From Lingula anatina (lineage: Eukaryota; Animalia; Brachiopoda), in contig CM120643.1 of the NCBI GenBank assembly GCA_051362555.1, positions 24,680,848-24,744,847 on the forward strand: a DNA stretch of 64,000 bases, written 5' to 3'. The notes beneath the pieces were generated by a model. The model was not told the origin of the DNA. It saw only the letters and a program-made list of their open reading frames with translations, and searched no databases. Shown one piece after another: positions 36,700-48,067 of the stretch. How positions within the stretch are numbered: position 1 is the stretch's first letter; every line of letters starts with the position of its first letter. Made by a program: the position numbers and the translations under genes.

Positions 36700-37100
36700 G
36701 ACCTCTCAGCTATATTGTAGTTTACCGTTTCCTGACAACAGCATTCCGGAAGTCACTAGGGTTTATAAGAAATACGGCTTAGAAAAAGGTTTATGTTATG
36801 TTTGCAAAAATAATAGCCAAATATTTTCTATCATTTCAATATTAAAAATAACTATAAAAAGAAATAACTTCATCATGATGTCATTTGATATTTTTTCAAA
36901 CAATATATGCAGTATGGAATTGCATTAAAGGTTCAGGTCTCAGTTTTCGTGACGGGCACCTGTCAGAGGTCAGGTAAGGTCAAGGTCGTTGGGGCGAGAA
37001 ATAAAAAGCCTCCGGTTGTTGATGTTGCGCTGGAATGTTTTCCGCATTTTGACGAAAACGTTAAGAGTGCGGGTACTGGAAACTGACGTTAATAAGGTAA
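36700..37100. promoter_or_regulatory. Probable bidirectional promoter
   Basis: CpG-rich patch with an ETS site CCGGAAGT (36746-36753) and AGGTCA-GGTA-AGGTCA-AGGTCG (36967-36988). The - strand ATG is at 36649. + strand splice donors AAG|GTAATT (~37096) and CAG|GTAAGT (~37347) have no nearby ORF. Confidence 0.55.
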
Positions 37101-37791
37101 TTACAGTCTAGCATATCCAAAAGTAAAAGAATATTTATTATTACTGCTTTTCCTCTATCTGGAGATACATTACCACGTAACATGTGCTCGTTACCGAAAA
37201 ACACGTTTCATTTTGCTTTTGATTTACACTGTAGACTAGGCATTCGACGACAAATATTGAATTTACGTACTGACAGTCAAATGTATAGCACGAAAATCCT
37301 AACGTAAGCACTCCATTTTTATGTGTTGACACATGAAAGATATTCAGGTAAGTGTAGATGTGAATTGGCGTTCAGCGAGCAAATCGGCTGTTTTTTTTTT
37401 TTTTTTTTTTTTTTGAGACTTTCGTTTTCTTAATAATATTAACATATGGCAACCCCAAGGTTAAAGTTGTACATAAACTGGATAAGAATAAAAATTGCAA
37501 ATTAAAACAGTTGCTTAAAATAAAGAATGTACAATATACAATAAGACCAAAATGAGTCCAAAAATAGATAAATAAAGCACAAACCTCTAAAAGTTTGATA
37601 AAAGCAAAGGGCATAAAATAGAAGATATACAATTAAGACCAAGTTTCAAAATAAAACACAGACCACTAAAAGTTTGATAAGGAAAAAGGAATAAAAGTGT
37701 TTTTTAAAACATTTGGTTTTGAATTTTGGTACACTAAAATTTAACTGTCTATGCCCCAAGTTTTCTGTGTGGTTTGCAGGTTAATATATAG

Positions 37792-40700
37792 TAGTCCGTG
37801 GGCCAAATACCGAAACCCTCCCCCCCCCTTAGTGATTTTCGTTCACTATGTTTTTCTGATAGCTTAGGTCCTTAGCTTTTATTTTCTGCTTGTTTGCCAT
37901 TAAACTGGTGGTGGGTGTATGTGCTACAGCCGTTGCCATGGTAACACACGGGTTAAAAATTGACATTTCTGAGCCCAACAAAATCTAAAATATTTCAAAT
38001 ACATAAACTAAATAGAATTCAAAATCGTTCTAGACATGTAGTCTAAGATGTGCACTATACCTAACGATGAACAAAATTTTCCAAGATGGCGGCAAATCCA
38101 AGATGGCGGCCAATTTTTGCTGTTTTTTAAGAAATTTTGATAATTTTTAATTTTTCAATTCTTATTTAATTATTAAAAAATTGCAATACCTGAGATATTT
38201 TAATGCACCGGTGTAGCATGGAATCTCTACTTTCTGCCTGTAGTGTTTGTTCAAGGTGCAATCTTTTTATTGAGATGAAAAATCCTGAAATCCAACATGG
38301 TTGCCACAAAACAAGTCTTTTACATGTAGCTGTCCTGTCTGGAAATATGACAAATTTATCATCCCAAATTAAGTTCTTCATTACTTTTGGTGCACTGAAT
38401 ATAAAAACAGAACCCTTTTCAATTACTTGACTTAATTTGGATTACAGTATGGCTTTCAAAATTCAAAATGGCCGCCAATGACCGTGAATTTACATCTTTG
38501 TAACCAGTAGACTAAAATATGACAGCAATATTCCTTATTTTATCTTAAGTTTGGACGAATACTTATGTTTTAATAGTGCTGATCACTACTAGATGTGTGG
38601 TCATGTAAAATGATTAAAAAAAAGAAAGATCAAATGGTCAACAATAACCTAGACTAGATAAAAGACCTATAATACCCCCCCATAAATGCAAGTCACTCAC
38701 ATTTGACCTAAGAAATCACACAAAGTTTCATGTACATGCTAATCACTCACATTTGACATGGGAAAGAATACTTTTGAGTTGAAATACTAATGTATTCTGT
38801 CGCATTTGAAAGAAATGGCTGTCAATGAGTATAGGGGACTATATATTTATGGTCAATATCATACACTCTTGCAAAAAAATTGATAGAAAATTATATTCCA
38901 AAAGAATGTTACTTAGATTGATTTAATTAACCTGAACCCCCCTTTAGCGACTTTTATTTACTATTATATATCGCTTACATGCTAAGATCCCATGTTCTGC
39001 TTGTTTTCTATTCATTTAACCCAGCGATTGCCATACTAACACAGGGGTTCCAAATTGACATTTCTGAGACTAAGAAAATTTCATACATTTCAAATATATG
39101 AACTTCAACAATAATGTAAACTTTAGAAGACATCTGTTTTCGTGGTATGATGGCAAAACATTCTTTGAACATCCAAGATGATGTGATTTTTTTCAAGATG
39201 GCAGCAATATCAAAATTGCGGTCGGTTTAAGCTGATTTCTAAACCTGTTTCTACTGTAAGTAACTAACGTTGAAAATTTAATAATTTAATGGGATCGAGA
39301 AATGTTAAGTATTTGATATCCATATGGTATTTAGTCTTTACTTACGGCTTATAGTGTTTGTTATTCCTACACTGTATAATTTTCAAAAAAAAAAAAAAAA
39401 TTGAAATCCAAAATGACCCCAACAAATCCTGGGTGATTTACTTTGGTATATATTGCTGTCCTATTAAACTTCTAATATTGTATATTGTTCTCCGAAATTG
39501 CCTTCTTTCTATCTGTATTTATTCTTTTATTCTTTTGTATTTGTTGTTACCTTTTGATGTATTGAATTTGAATAATATGAAGCCAAGATCGTGAACATTT
39601 GTAATAACTCAATATGGTCTACAAGTATTTAAATTATCGTGCAGTAGATGGCTGAAATTATTTGATCATCTCTTACCATCTATTGGGCAAGTTGAATGAC
39701 ACAAAATATTCTGATTTTGAGTGAAAGGCAACTAGTTTGCAAATATAGATGGCGATTTTGCATTTCTATACAATTATTTTTTAAGTAAAATGCTATAAAA
39801 AATTAAATTATATATTCAGTTGAAGTTAGTGGATATATTGATTTTTCCAAAACGTGGATATAATTTTACCTCTCTAGCAGTTTGAAGCTGAGTTATGGCA
39901 TATACATGTAAATGTTTTATTCCATTTATTCATATAGATGAACACCATCTTGGATGGTAACAAAAGCTCAGTTTCAGAGGTAACAGCAAATTTTAATTGG
40001 CTTTCCAGTGAACATTCTTCATTAAAAAAGACTACAGCCAAGACATTTCATCTATTTCCAAAAAGCCTAAATCCTAAATATTTAACTAAATATGGACAAG
40101 CGTTTCCGTGAAAGCAGTGTAGAAAGGGCATATTTGATTATAATTAGCTGCACAAATTTTAGAATTATTTGTTTGTTGCACTGTTTAATATTATTGCAGC
40201 AAAATTCATACCTGCACTGTCATGGCCATTTGTGGCCATGGTGAATTTTGGAATAGCCAAGTAAATATAATTTGGCTGGAAATGAATAGAAATGATTTAT
40301 ATTTAGATAATATCCTGATAGGTTAATTCAGTTTATCAGAAAGAGCAAAAGAGGCATTTTGAAACGAAAATGTAATATATATTCGGTCAGCTCAGCAATA
40401 TGTATAAACCCTGTTTTGTGAAGGCCACCATGGGTTTCAGGTTTTAATACACTTAAAAAAGAGGATATAGGAGTAACAATCACTGAAAACAGTAATTATG
40501 CAATTCTGTTCATATCAGCATATCCAAAAACCTAACATTTTTCAATTCCAATGTTGCTTTCAAAGTTTACAAAAAGCTACTTTCAGTAATAAGAAGAAAA
40601 TTAACATAAATCTATCGTCATCTTGCATTGGCTGCCATTTTGGCAATTTAACTATGATAATTTTTCAAATAATTGTATTGATAACTGAGGTCCAAGTCTA

Positions 40701-42409
40701 ATTTTTTAAAAAAAGTTTACAATACAGCGAGTTCATATATTTGAAATACATGGCAATTAAAAGGTGTCAGAAATTATAATTTTAAAACCCCTGTGTTACT
40801 GTGGCAACAGCTGAATCTGTCACACCTTTCACCTATTACATGGCAAACAAGCAGAATATTTGAACTTAGGGCCCAAGCTATCAGAAAATCACAGTAAATA
40901 AAAATTGCTAATAGGGCTGAGCTAGCTTGAGTTTATTAAATTTTATTTTGTATTGGAATAATGTATCATATCATTTCATGTGTAAGCAAATTGGCGGCCA
41001 TTTTGAATTTCGAAAGTCATAATGCAATCTGAATTAACACAATTTATAGAAAAGGGTCCTAGGTCCATATTCAGTACACCTAAAAGTAATAAAGAATGTA
41101 ATTTGGGATGATTAATGTGGCATCTTTCCAGTTAGGACAGCCGTATGTAAAAGACATGTTTTGTGGCAGCCACCTTGGATTTCAGGATTTTACGTCAAAA
41201 TTAAAAGGTTACATCTTCAACAAGCACTTTAGGCAGACAGCAGAGGCTTTTTACCATTATGGAACATCAAAACACATGCCACATTGCAATTTCTTAATAA
41301 TTAAATAAAAACTCAAATAAAAAAAAATTCCCAAAATTATTAAAAAATGAGCAATAATTGGCAGCCATCTTGAATTTGCTGCCATCTTGGGACATTTTGA
41401 TGATTGTGAAGTATAGCACACTTCTTAATTTACACATCTGGTATAATTGTGAATTCCATGATTTTAAATGCATTTGAAATATTTAATTTTTATTTTTGGT
41501 CTCAAAAATATCAATTTTCAACCCCAGACATTACCATGGCAACAGCTCTGTTACTCAGACCCACCACCTGTTTAATGGCAAACAAGCAGAATATAAAAGC
41601 TTAGGGCCTTACCTTCCAGAAAATAATAGAAAACAAAAATCAATAATGGGACTAAGTTGGTGGGAGATAATTAAAATTAATATTCTGTTGGAAGAATATA
41701 TTATATCAATTTTAGCCAGTGTGTATAAGCATATTGGCGGTCATTTTGAATTTTGAAAGTCTTAATGTAATCAGAATTAATGCAAATTGTTTTAAAAAGT
41801 CCTAAGTTCGAATTCAGTTTATTAAAAGTAATAAAGAATGACACTTTGATGATAAATCTGGCATCTTTCCAGTTGGGACAGCAGACTTATATTTTGGCCA
41901 CCATTTTGGATTTCAGGATTTTACAACAAAATTAAAAGGTTTCATCTAAAATAAATACTGTAGGTAGCAAGTAGAGACTGTATGCTATTCTGGCGCATAA
42001 AAACATATCCCATATTCTTATTCCTTAATAATTGAATAAAGACTCAAATATGAAAAATAATTGAAATTACCCAAAAATTAGCAAAAATTGGCCGCCATCT
42101 TGAATTTACAGCCATCTTGGAATATTTTGAGGATCATAAAGTATAGTGCAGCTCTTAAACTATACATCTGAAAGGATTTTGAATTCCATTCACTTAACAC
42201 ATTTGAATAATTTAATATTTTTTTGGTCTCAGAAATTTCAATTTTTAATCTCAGACGTTACCATGGCAACGGCTGTAGCACACACACCCACCACCAGTTT
42301 AATGGCAAACAAGCGGAAAATCAAAGCTTAGGACCTAAGCTATCAGAAAAACATAGTGAACGAAAATCACTAAGGGGGGGGAGGGGGGTCTACATTGGCC
42401 CATAGACTA
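37792..42409. mobile_element. 4.6-kb non-autonomous foldback element, Academ-like
   Basis: Termini TAGTCCGTGGGCCAA / TTGGCCCATAGACTA with 3-bp TSD TAG (37789-37791, 42410-42412). The inverted arms of roughly 700 bp are internally reiterated at ~38940-39250, 40790-41500 and 41500-42230. No ORF. Superfamily inferred from TAG termini and the 3-bp TSD. Confidence 0.85.
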
Positions 42410-42422
42410 TAGGTAGTTCAAC

Positions 42423-44660
42423 TTAATATAATTGTCTGTCATTTTTTATTTTTGCAAAGAATGATAAGCCGAGGTCTATGTGCAGCTCCTTTAGTGTAAC
42501 AAGCTTTGCTTTGACTAGGGCATCAAGATATGGTAACTCAGAGAATATAATTTTAAGTGGATGGATTCTATTATTTTGCATTGTTCCTTGGTAAATCTGG
42601 GGTGCCACACAGGACAAGCATGTTCAACAACAGACTGGATTAACATCTGATATACCTGGACAAGATCTGATGAGGGCAGTTTGGCACATTTAAGTTGGTG
42701 CAGATAATACAATTATGACTTATGTCAGTGTTTGACCTTCGTTTGAAATAGTACAGGCCAATTTGGCCAGTGTGCTCTGAAAGTTACTGGCCAAACCGAA
42801 AATGCACAAGCCAGACTTTGGCCAGCTTTATTACGAAGTTACTGGCCAAATATTCAAAGTGCAGGCCATGTGGTAATGACTCATGATGGAGATGTTATCA
42901 TAAGCAAATAAAGAAAAAAAATTTAAAACCTTTTTTAAACCTAGAACTGTGTTTATTCTTTAGTCTACAGATTTCGCACATTCTAATCTAAATTAAACAT
43001 AAACTATATGCATATTTATTTACCCCACTTTACCTAGAGATACTTTGATTAGATTTTAAATAAAATTTTCTGTACATATATTTCTAAAATTTTCTGAACT
43101 TGTACTCCGTGAACATAATTTGTTTAATGAAATTTATATTTTGTATCTTTAAGTTGCATCATCACACCAAGAAATATTCATACAATAGATGCAAGGATTT
43201 AAGCTTCATGCTCTTTCCTATATATTTGTACATAAATGTATATTCTTTGGGGGGAATCGGCCGGTGAAATTGTCCTGATACCGATGAAGAGATAAAAGTC
43301 AGTATAAAGATCAATTTTGTCTTAAAAACTGCTCCACATCCTTCTCAGTCATTTCATTGTCTTCATCTGAATCACTATAACTGTCATCAAACCCCTCATC
43401 ACTGTCACTGCATCCCTTTTTTCAATTCTTGGTGTTTTTGGTTTGGTACCTGCAATTTTTAAGTGTCAAGTTTATTAAAGACTGCCAACACAATCACCGA
43501 GTCAGACATAATCAATTACTGGTACATGTGATAAAGAGCTAAACATTTAACAACGTTAAAATCAACAATTGGGCCAAACAAGTAGACCGTTCAGATATGG
43601 GGTCTTAATAAATATATATAAAGAAATACTCGTTTCAAAATAAATATCAAAATGAGGTTAAATTAAGCACTATCATTATTAGAAAACTTGTGATATTCAG
43701 GGTGAACTCCGTAAGTCGCACTGACGGAGATGCAGTCGGTGAACTGCTGAAAACCTAACGAGATTGTTAAAAGATTCAGTTGTATCCGAGTTGAAATAAA
43801 ATTCATTATTTTGTATTATTTGTATAGTATTGCACTGTACTGTAATAGCGTGCGCTATGTAATTCAATTTCTCTTACCCTACACACGTTGCACGTCGCAC
43901 GCATTTAACCCCCTCCCCCCCCCCCCCTTTTTTCTTTTTTTGTTCCGCTCAGGAAAAAAAATCAGAAAACGTCAAAAACATGCGTTGGGTTAAAGAGCTC
44001 AGACTATTAGTTCGTTTCTGCTTTGATTTTGTTTACTTACCACTTGAAGTTGAAGCCGATTCTGCGACGCTCTCACTCTCAGTCTCTTCTACTTGGCGTT
44101 TTGAAATTTTTAAAAACTTTTCCATGCAGCTTGATAATCCACGTGCATCACGTTTTCTCCCGGAAGCGTCAACTGCGCAAAATCGCAAGACGCAAGTGAA
44201 ACGAAACAGACAGCATTTCCTATACTTCGTCAAAATCCGGCGCGCAAACGAAGGCTAGATGCTTTCAAAAACGACAGCGAGACTGTGAATACGTCATTAC
44301 GGAATTCCCCACTTTCAAGCAATCACGATTATGAGAGTGAAAACGATGTTAGCAGTAAGGGTAATCCCATGAACTTCCCTGTAATTTTTGGCATACGAGT
44401 CGGACTTAAATTGAGTCTAAATTTTGCCGATAAACTTGATACAGTAAGTTGACATAAATCGCCAAAATGGCGACTTGCACCATCATTTTCACTCGCCAGA
44501 TTTAATTTTAACTCGCATTGGCGAGCTGGCGAGTGCGAGTGTCAAACGCTGATTATGTACATGCTTTTTAATAGATAAAATTAACATGTTCAGACCAAGA
44601 TAACTAAAACTGTGGAAAATGATCATACCGTATTGAAGTTTAAGTTTAGCAAATTTTTTG
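42423..44660 (-). mobile_element. L2/CR1-type LINE 3' fragment split by a DNA transposon
   Basis: ...LSWSEHVNFIY*KAC (~44610-44557) continues at 42712-42423 as YYLHQLKCAKLPSSDLVQVYQMLIQSVVEHACPVWHP...IIESI..LKIIFSELPYLDAL. Confidence 0.8.
42726..44551 (-). mobile_element. Internally deleted hAT-like DNA transposon
   Basis: TIRs CAGTGTTTGAC / GTCAAACGCTG, ~7-bp TSD (C/A)TTATGT, and TGGCCA/TGGCGAG subterminal repeats. A residual first exon (44125-44041, MEKFLKISKRQVEE...STSS) and an acidic C-terminal remnant (~43410-43310, DSDEGFDDSYSDSDEDNE...FLRQN*) remain. Confidence 0.75.
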
Positions 44661-45203
44661 GAATATGATGGACCTTTGTAGGAGCTAGTTAATAAAATTA
44701 TGATGGTTTCTGTGTTTATATATATATATATTTATTTATATTTTTATTATTTTTTTTTTTTTTGGGGGGGGGGGGCATTTTGTATTTTTTGGAATAGAAA
44801 TACATATTCATGTATACACTACCCCCGTAATTGTAGCTCCATCAGGCTTCAGACCAAGATGTTGTTCTAAATTCTGTGCTACAAAATTCTCTGCTTTTCA
44901 AGGATTATATTGAATCCCGACAACTTATAGAGTAAAATCATAGTTAACTTGAGTTACGCCTTTCCTGCCAATACTTAAAACCACTATCTCAAAATCTCTA
45001 AACAAGTTTTGCATGTGATTTCATCTTGACTCGGTCCAACTGATTGGCACACAAATTTCAGGTGTTAAGAAAAAGAGAGAAATCTTAATCGGAAATGGTC
45101 TTTTTGAAAATGTCCTAATAAAAGTCATATTTTCTATAATTGTATATAGTAGCCATTTATAAGAACTAAATTTAATTAGATGTGATATAAAACATTAACC
45201 CAA

Positions 45204-46717
45204 TGTGGAATCCTGCACCAGTTCCATATTGTATAATCATATTTAGTCAACATGTGGATATCTAATTTGCATCTGTCCTGCATACATGAATATTATTCTC
45301 CATAGATGCCTATAGGTATGCCTGAGACAGATGCATATCACCTGTTAATATTGCACAACAATTAGTATGTAAATAAGTAGCAGCCACTTGTATGCATAGA
45401 TTACCTGTAGATAATGTGTATAAAATTTGAGTGCTTGTATAGAATAAACACACATTTGATTATGATCTGAAGATGTGAGGTTGTTCTGTTATGCTTATCT
45501 GTGCACTTAAAGTGAAAGACTGAGTCGAATCTGGAGTCATGATTAGTTATTCGTGAATGAAAATTGTTACACTGAAATTCAGTACAATTATTTATTAAAG
45601 TGAAAGTCGTTATATGCTAGGGAATATACTAGAGGGTTAGCAGATGAAAATCTAGCTGAAGATATGATTGTTAGGGGTCGTCCACTTACCCTTGAAGAAG
45701 CAATGCAGTGGACTGAAAATGTTTGTGCAGGGAAAGAGATTTTTGAAAATATCATGGGATAACAAAAATCACAAAACAAAACAAGCACACCCAAATATTC
45801 CATATTAAGTGATCAAATTGAACAAATTATCAGGAAGGAAAAATACCTAGAAATATCAGCCTTAAGCACAATGCTAACAGAAAAAAATGATTTTGTATCA
45901 CAGTTACATAGTGCAGCAGAGGTAGTTGCCCAGGCAGAAGAAAACTTGCATGCACGTGTGAACAAAATAGAAAACACAATTTTGCAAACAGAAAATTCAC
46001 ACATAAACGCTGGCAGGCACACACAAAATACACACCACAAGGGAAGGTATCGCATTCAACAGCGTCCACAAACACATAAGCGCAAAACAACCATATGCTT
46101 TTACTGCAACAGGCCAGGTCATAAAAAAGTAGAATGCGGACAGTTAAAAGCACAACAAAAAGCAAGAAAAATTGATGCAGCAAGAATCACCTCAAATTAG
46201 TCTAGTGTAGACTAGGTTTAGCAGTCACCATTAGTGGTGTTAGATGTAAGGCTTTGGTAGATTCAGGGGCATGTGTTACCTGTTAGGATAAGATCAATTC
46301 CTGAAAATTTGTTAAGTGACTGGAACATGTTAATATCTAATTTGCGTCTGTCCTGCATACATAAATATTATTCTCTGTAGATTCCTATAGGTATGCCTGA
46401 GACAGATGCATATCATCTGTTAATATTGCACAACAATTAGTATGTAAATAAGTAGCAGCCACTTGTACGCATAGATTCCCTGTAGATAATATGTATAAAA
46501 TTTGAGTGCTTGTATAGAATAAACACACATTTGATTATGATCTGAAGATGTGAGGTTTTTCTGTTATGCCTCTCTGTGGACGTGAAGTGAAAGACTGAGT
46601 CAAATCTGGAGTCATGTCGGTGCCCATAGATTAGTTAATTCATTAATGAAAATTGTTACACTGAAATTCAGTACAATTATTTATGAAAGTGAAAGTCATT
46701 TTGGATGGTTCACAACA
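45204..46717 (+). mobile_element. Internally deleted Gypsy-like LTR retrotransposon
   Basis: TG...CA termini with 4-bp TSD CCAA (45200-45203, 46718-46721) and ~360-bp direct repeats (~45250-45608, ~46325-46698). Contains the gag zinc knuckle CFYCNRPGHKKVEC (ORF 45871-46200) and protease motif ALVDSGA (~46250-46272). Confidence 0.9.
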
Positions 46718-47344
46718 CCAAGTGCAGGTTCAGGTTAAGCTCTTCTCAAGGAAAATTCAATTTGATGTGAAAATCAACGATGAGCTGCCTTTAATGATAT
46801 CTCAAATACAAAAATCTTAAAAGGACACAGAATTTATCCTTTAGACAGAATTCCTAACATACTCATGTAAAATCTAAGTGACATGTAAGTGGGGGAATTA
46901 CTGGTTGTTGTGAACTGTGTATTTGGTGACCTGTTACTGGAGAGAAGTCTATCAATTTCAGCAAAAGAATCATCAGTGAAAAGCATCTGTACTATGGTCT
47001 GTGTCAATCATATGGCACAAGCTTAGCTGATACTCAGATAGAAAGGTTTTGATTGTCAGATAAGACCAAATACATATTTGGATGTCACAACCCAACTATT
47101 TTGCTGACAGCAGATTTTATTCAAGACTTCAGGTATAAAGACAAATTCGTTGAGCCTTGTCATTCTTAGGTCCATTTATGTTGAGTCTTTTTTTTAAACA
47201 ACAAAGCTTTCTTCATTTGGAAGATGGGCTTTGTCAGACCACTGGCATTCCGACAAAATTCAACTTTTTATCCAAATGTCTAAATAGATTCCACCAAATT
47301 TGTGATATTATAGTAATTTTATGACATGTTTTTTGTTATTTTTT

Positions 47345-47557
47345 GTTTATTTATTAATTTTAATATTATTATTTTTTTAAAGGAATGCAAACCCCAAATA
47401 TTTTGTTTACTACTTGGTCTAATTTGGTGATAATAACATTCACCTCATGCTTTATTATTTATTTATTTTAATATTTTTTTTTTTTAAGGAATGCAAACCC
47501 CAAATATTTTGTTTACTACTTGGTCTAATTTGGTGATAATAACATTTACCTCATGCT
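47345..47557. repeat. ~106-bp tandem duplication
   Basis: AAGGAATGCAAACCCCAAATATTTTG...ACCTCATGCT occurs twice head-to-tail. Confidence 0.9.
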
Positions 47558-47802
47558 ATTCCGTGTCAAAGTTTCCATATAATTTATAGCTTTTCTGCCA
47601 CATTTTTCATCTGACCATGGCATGCTTGCTGGGTCACCACACTTGTTAATCCAGTTCTGGATGTGGAGGTCATGGTCGGTAGTTCTGGACAAAGATTTAA
47701 AAAAAAGTTGGGTGGGGTCTCATCAGATATTAGATTTTGAAGGTAGGATTTATCTGCAGAATGTTAATCTTTTTTAAGAAGTTTGTTTGCATGTGTGTGT
47801 GT

Positions 47803-47846
<44 letters not shown>

Positions 47847-48067
47847 TAACTGGTTGAGTATTCATGTCAACAACATTACAATTAATTTTCTCGATGGAAT
47901 GGGCTATATAATGGCTAGCATATGCAAGGCTAGCAAATCTAACTTTAACCTAACTTTAAGAACAGAACTTAGTTGTTCTTAACCATGATTTCAGCTGCAT
48001 GAAGAGATTTATAGTATGAGCAGAAGAAGCTGGAAATGTATTATTTTTTCAGAAATTTGCCAGGACT

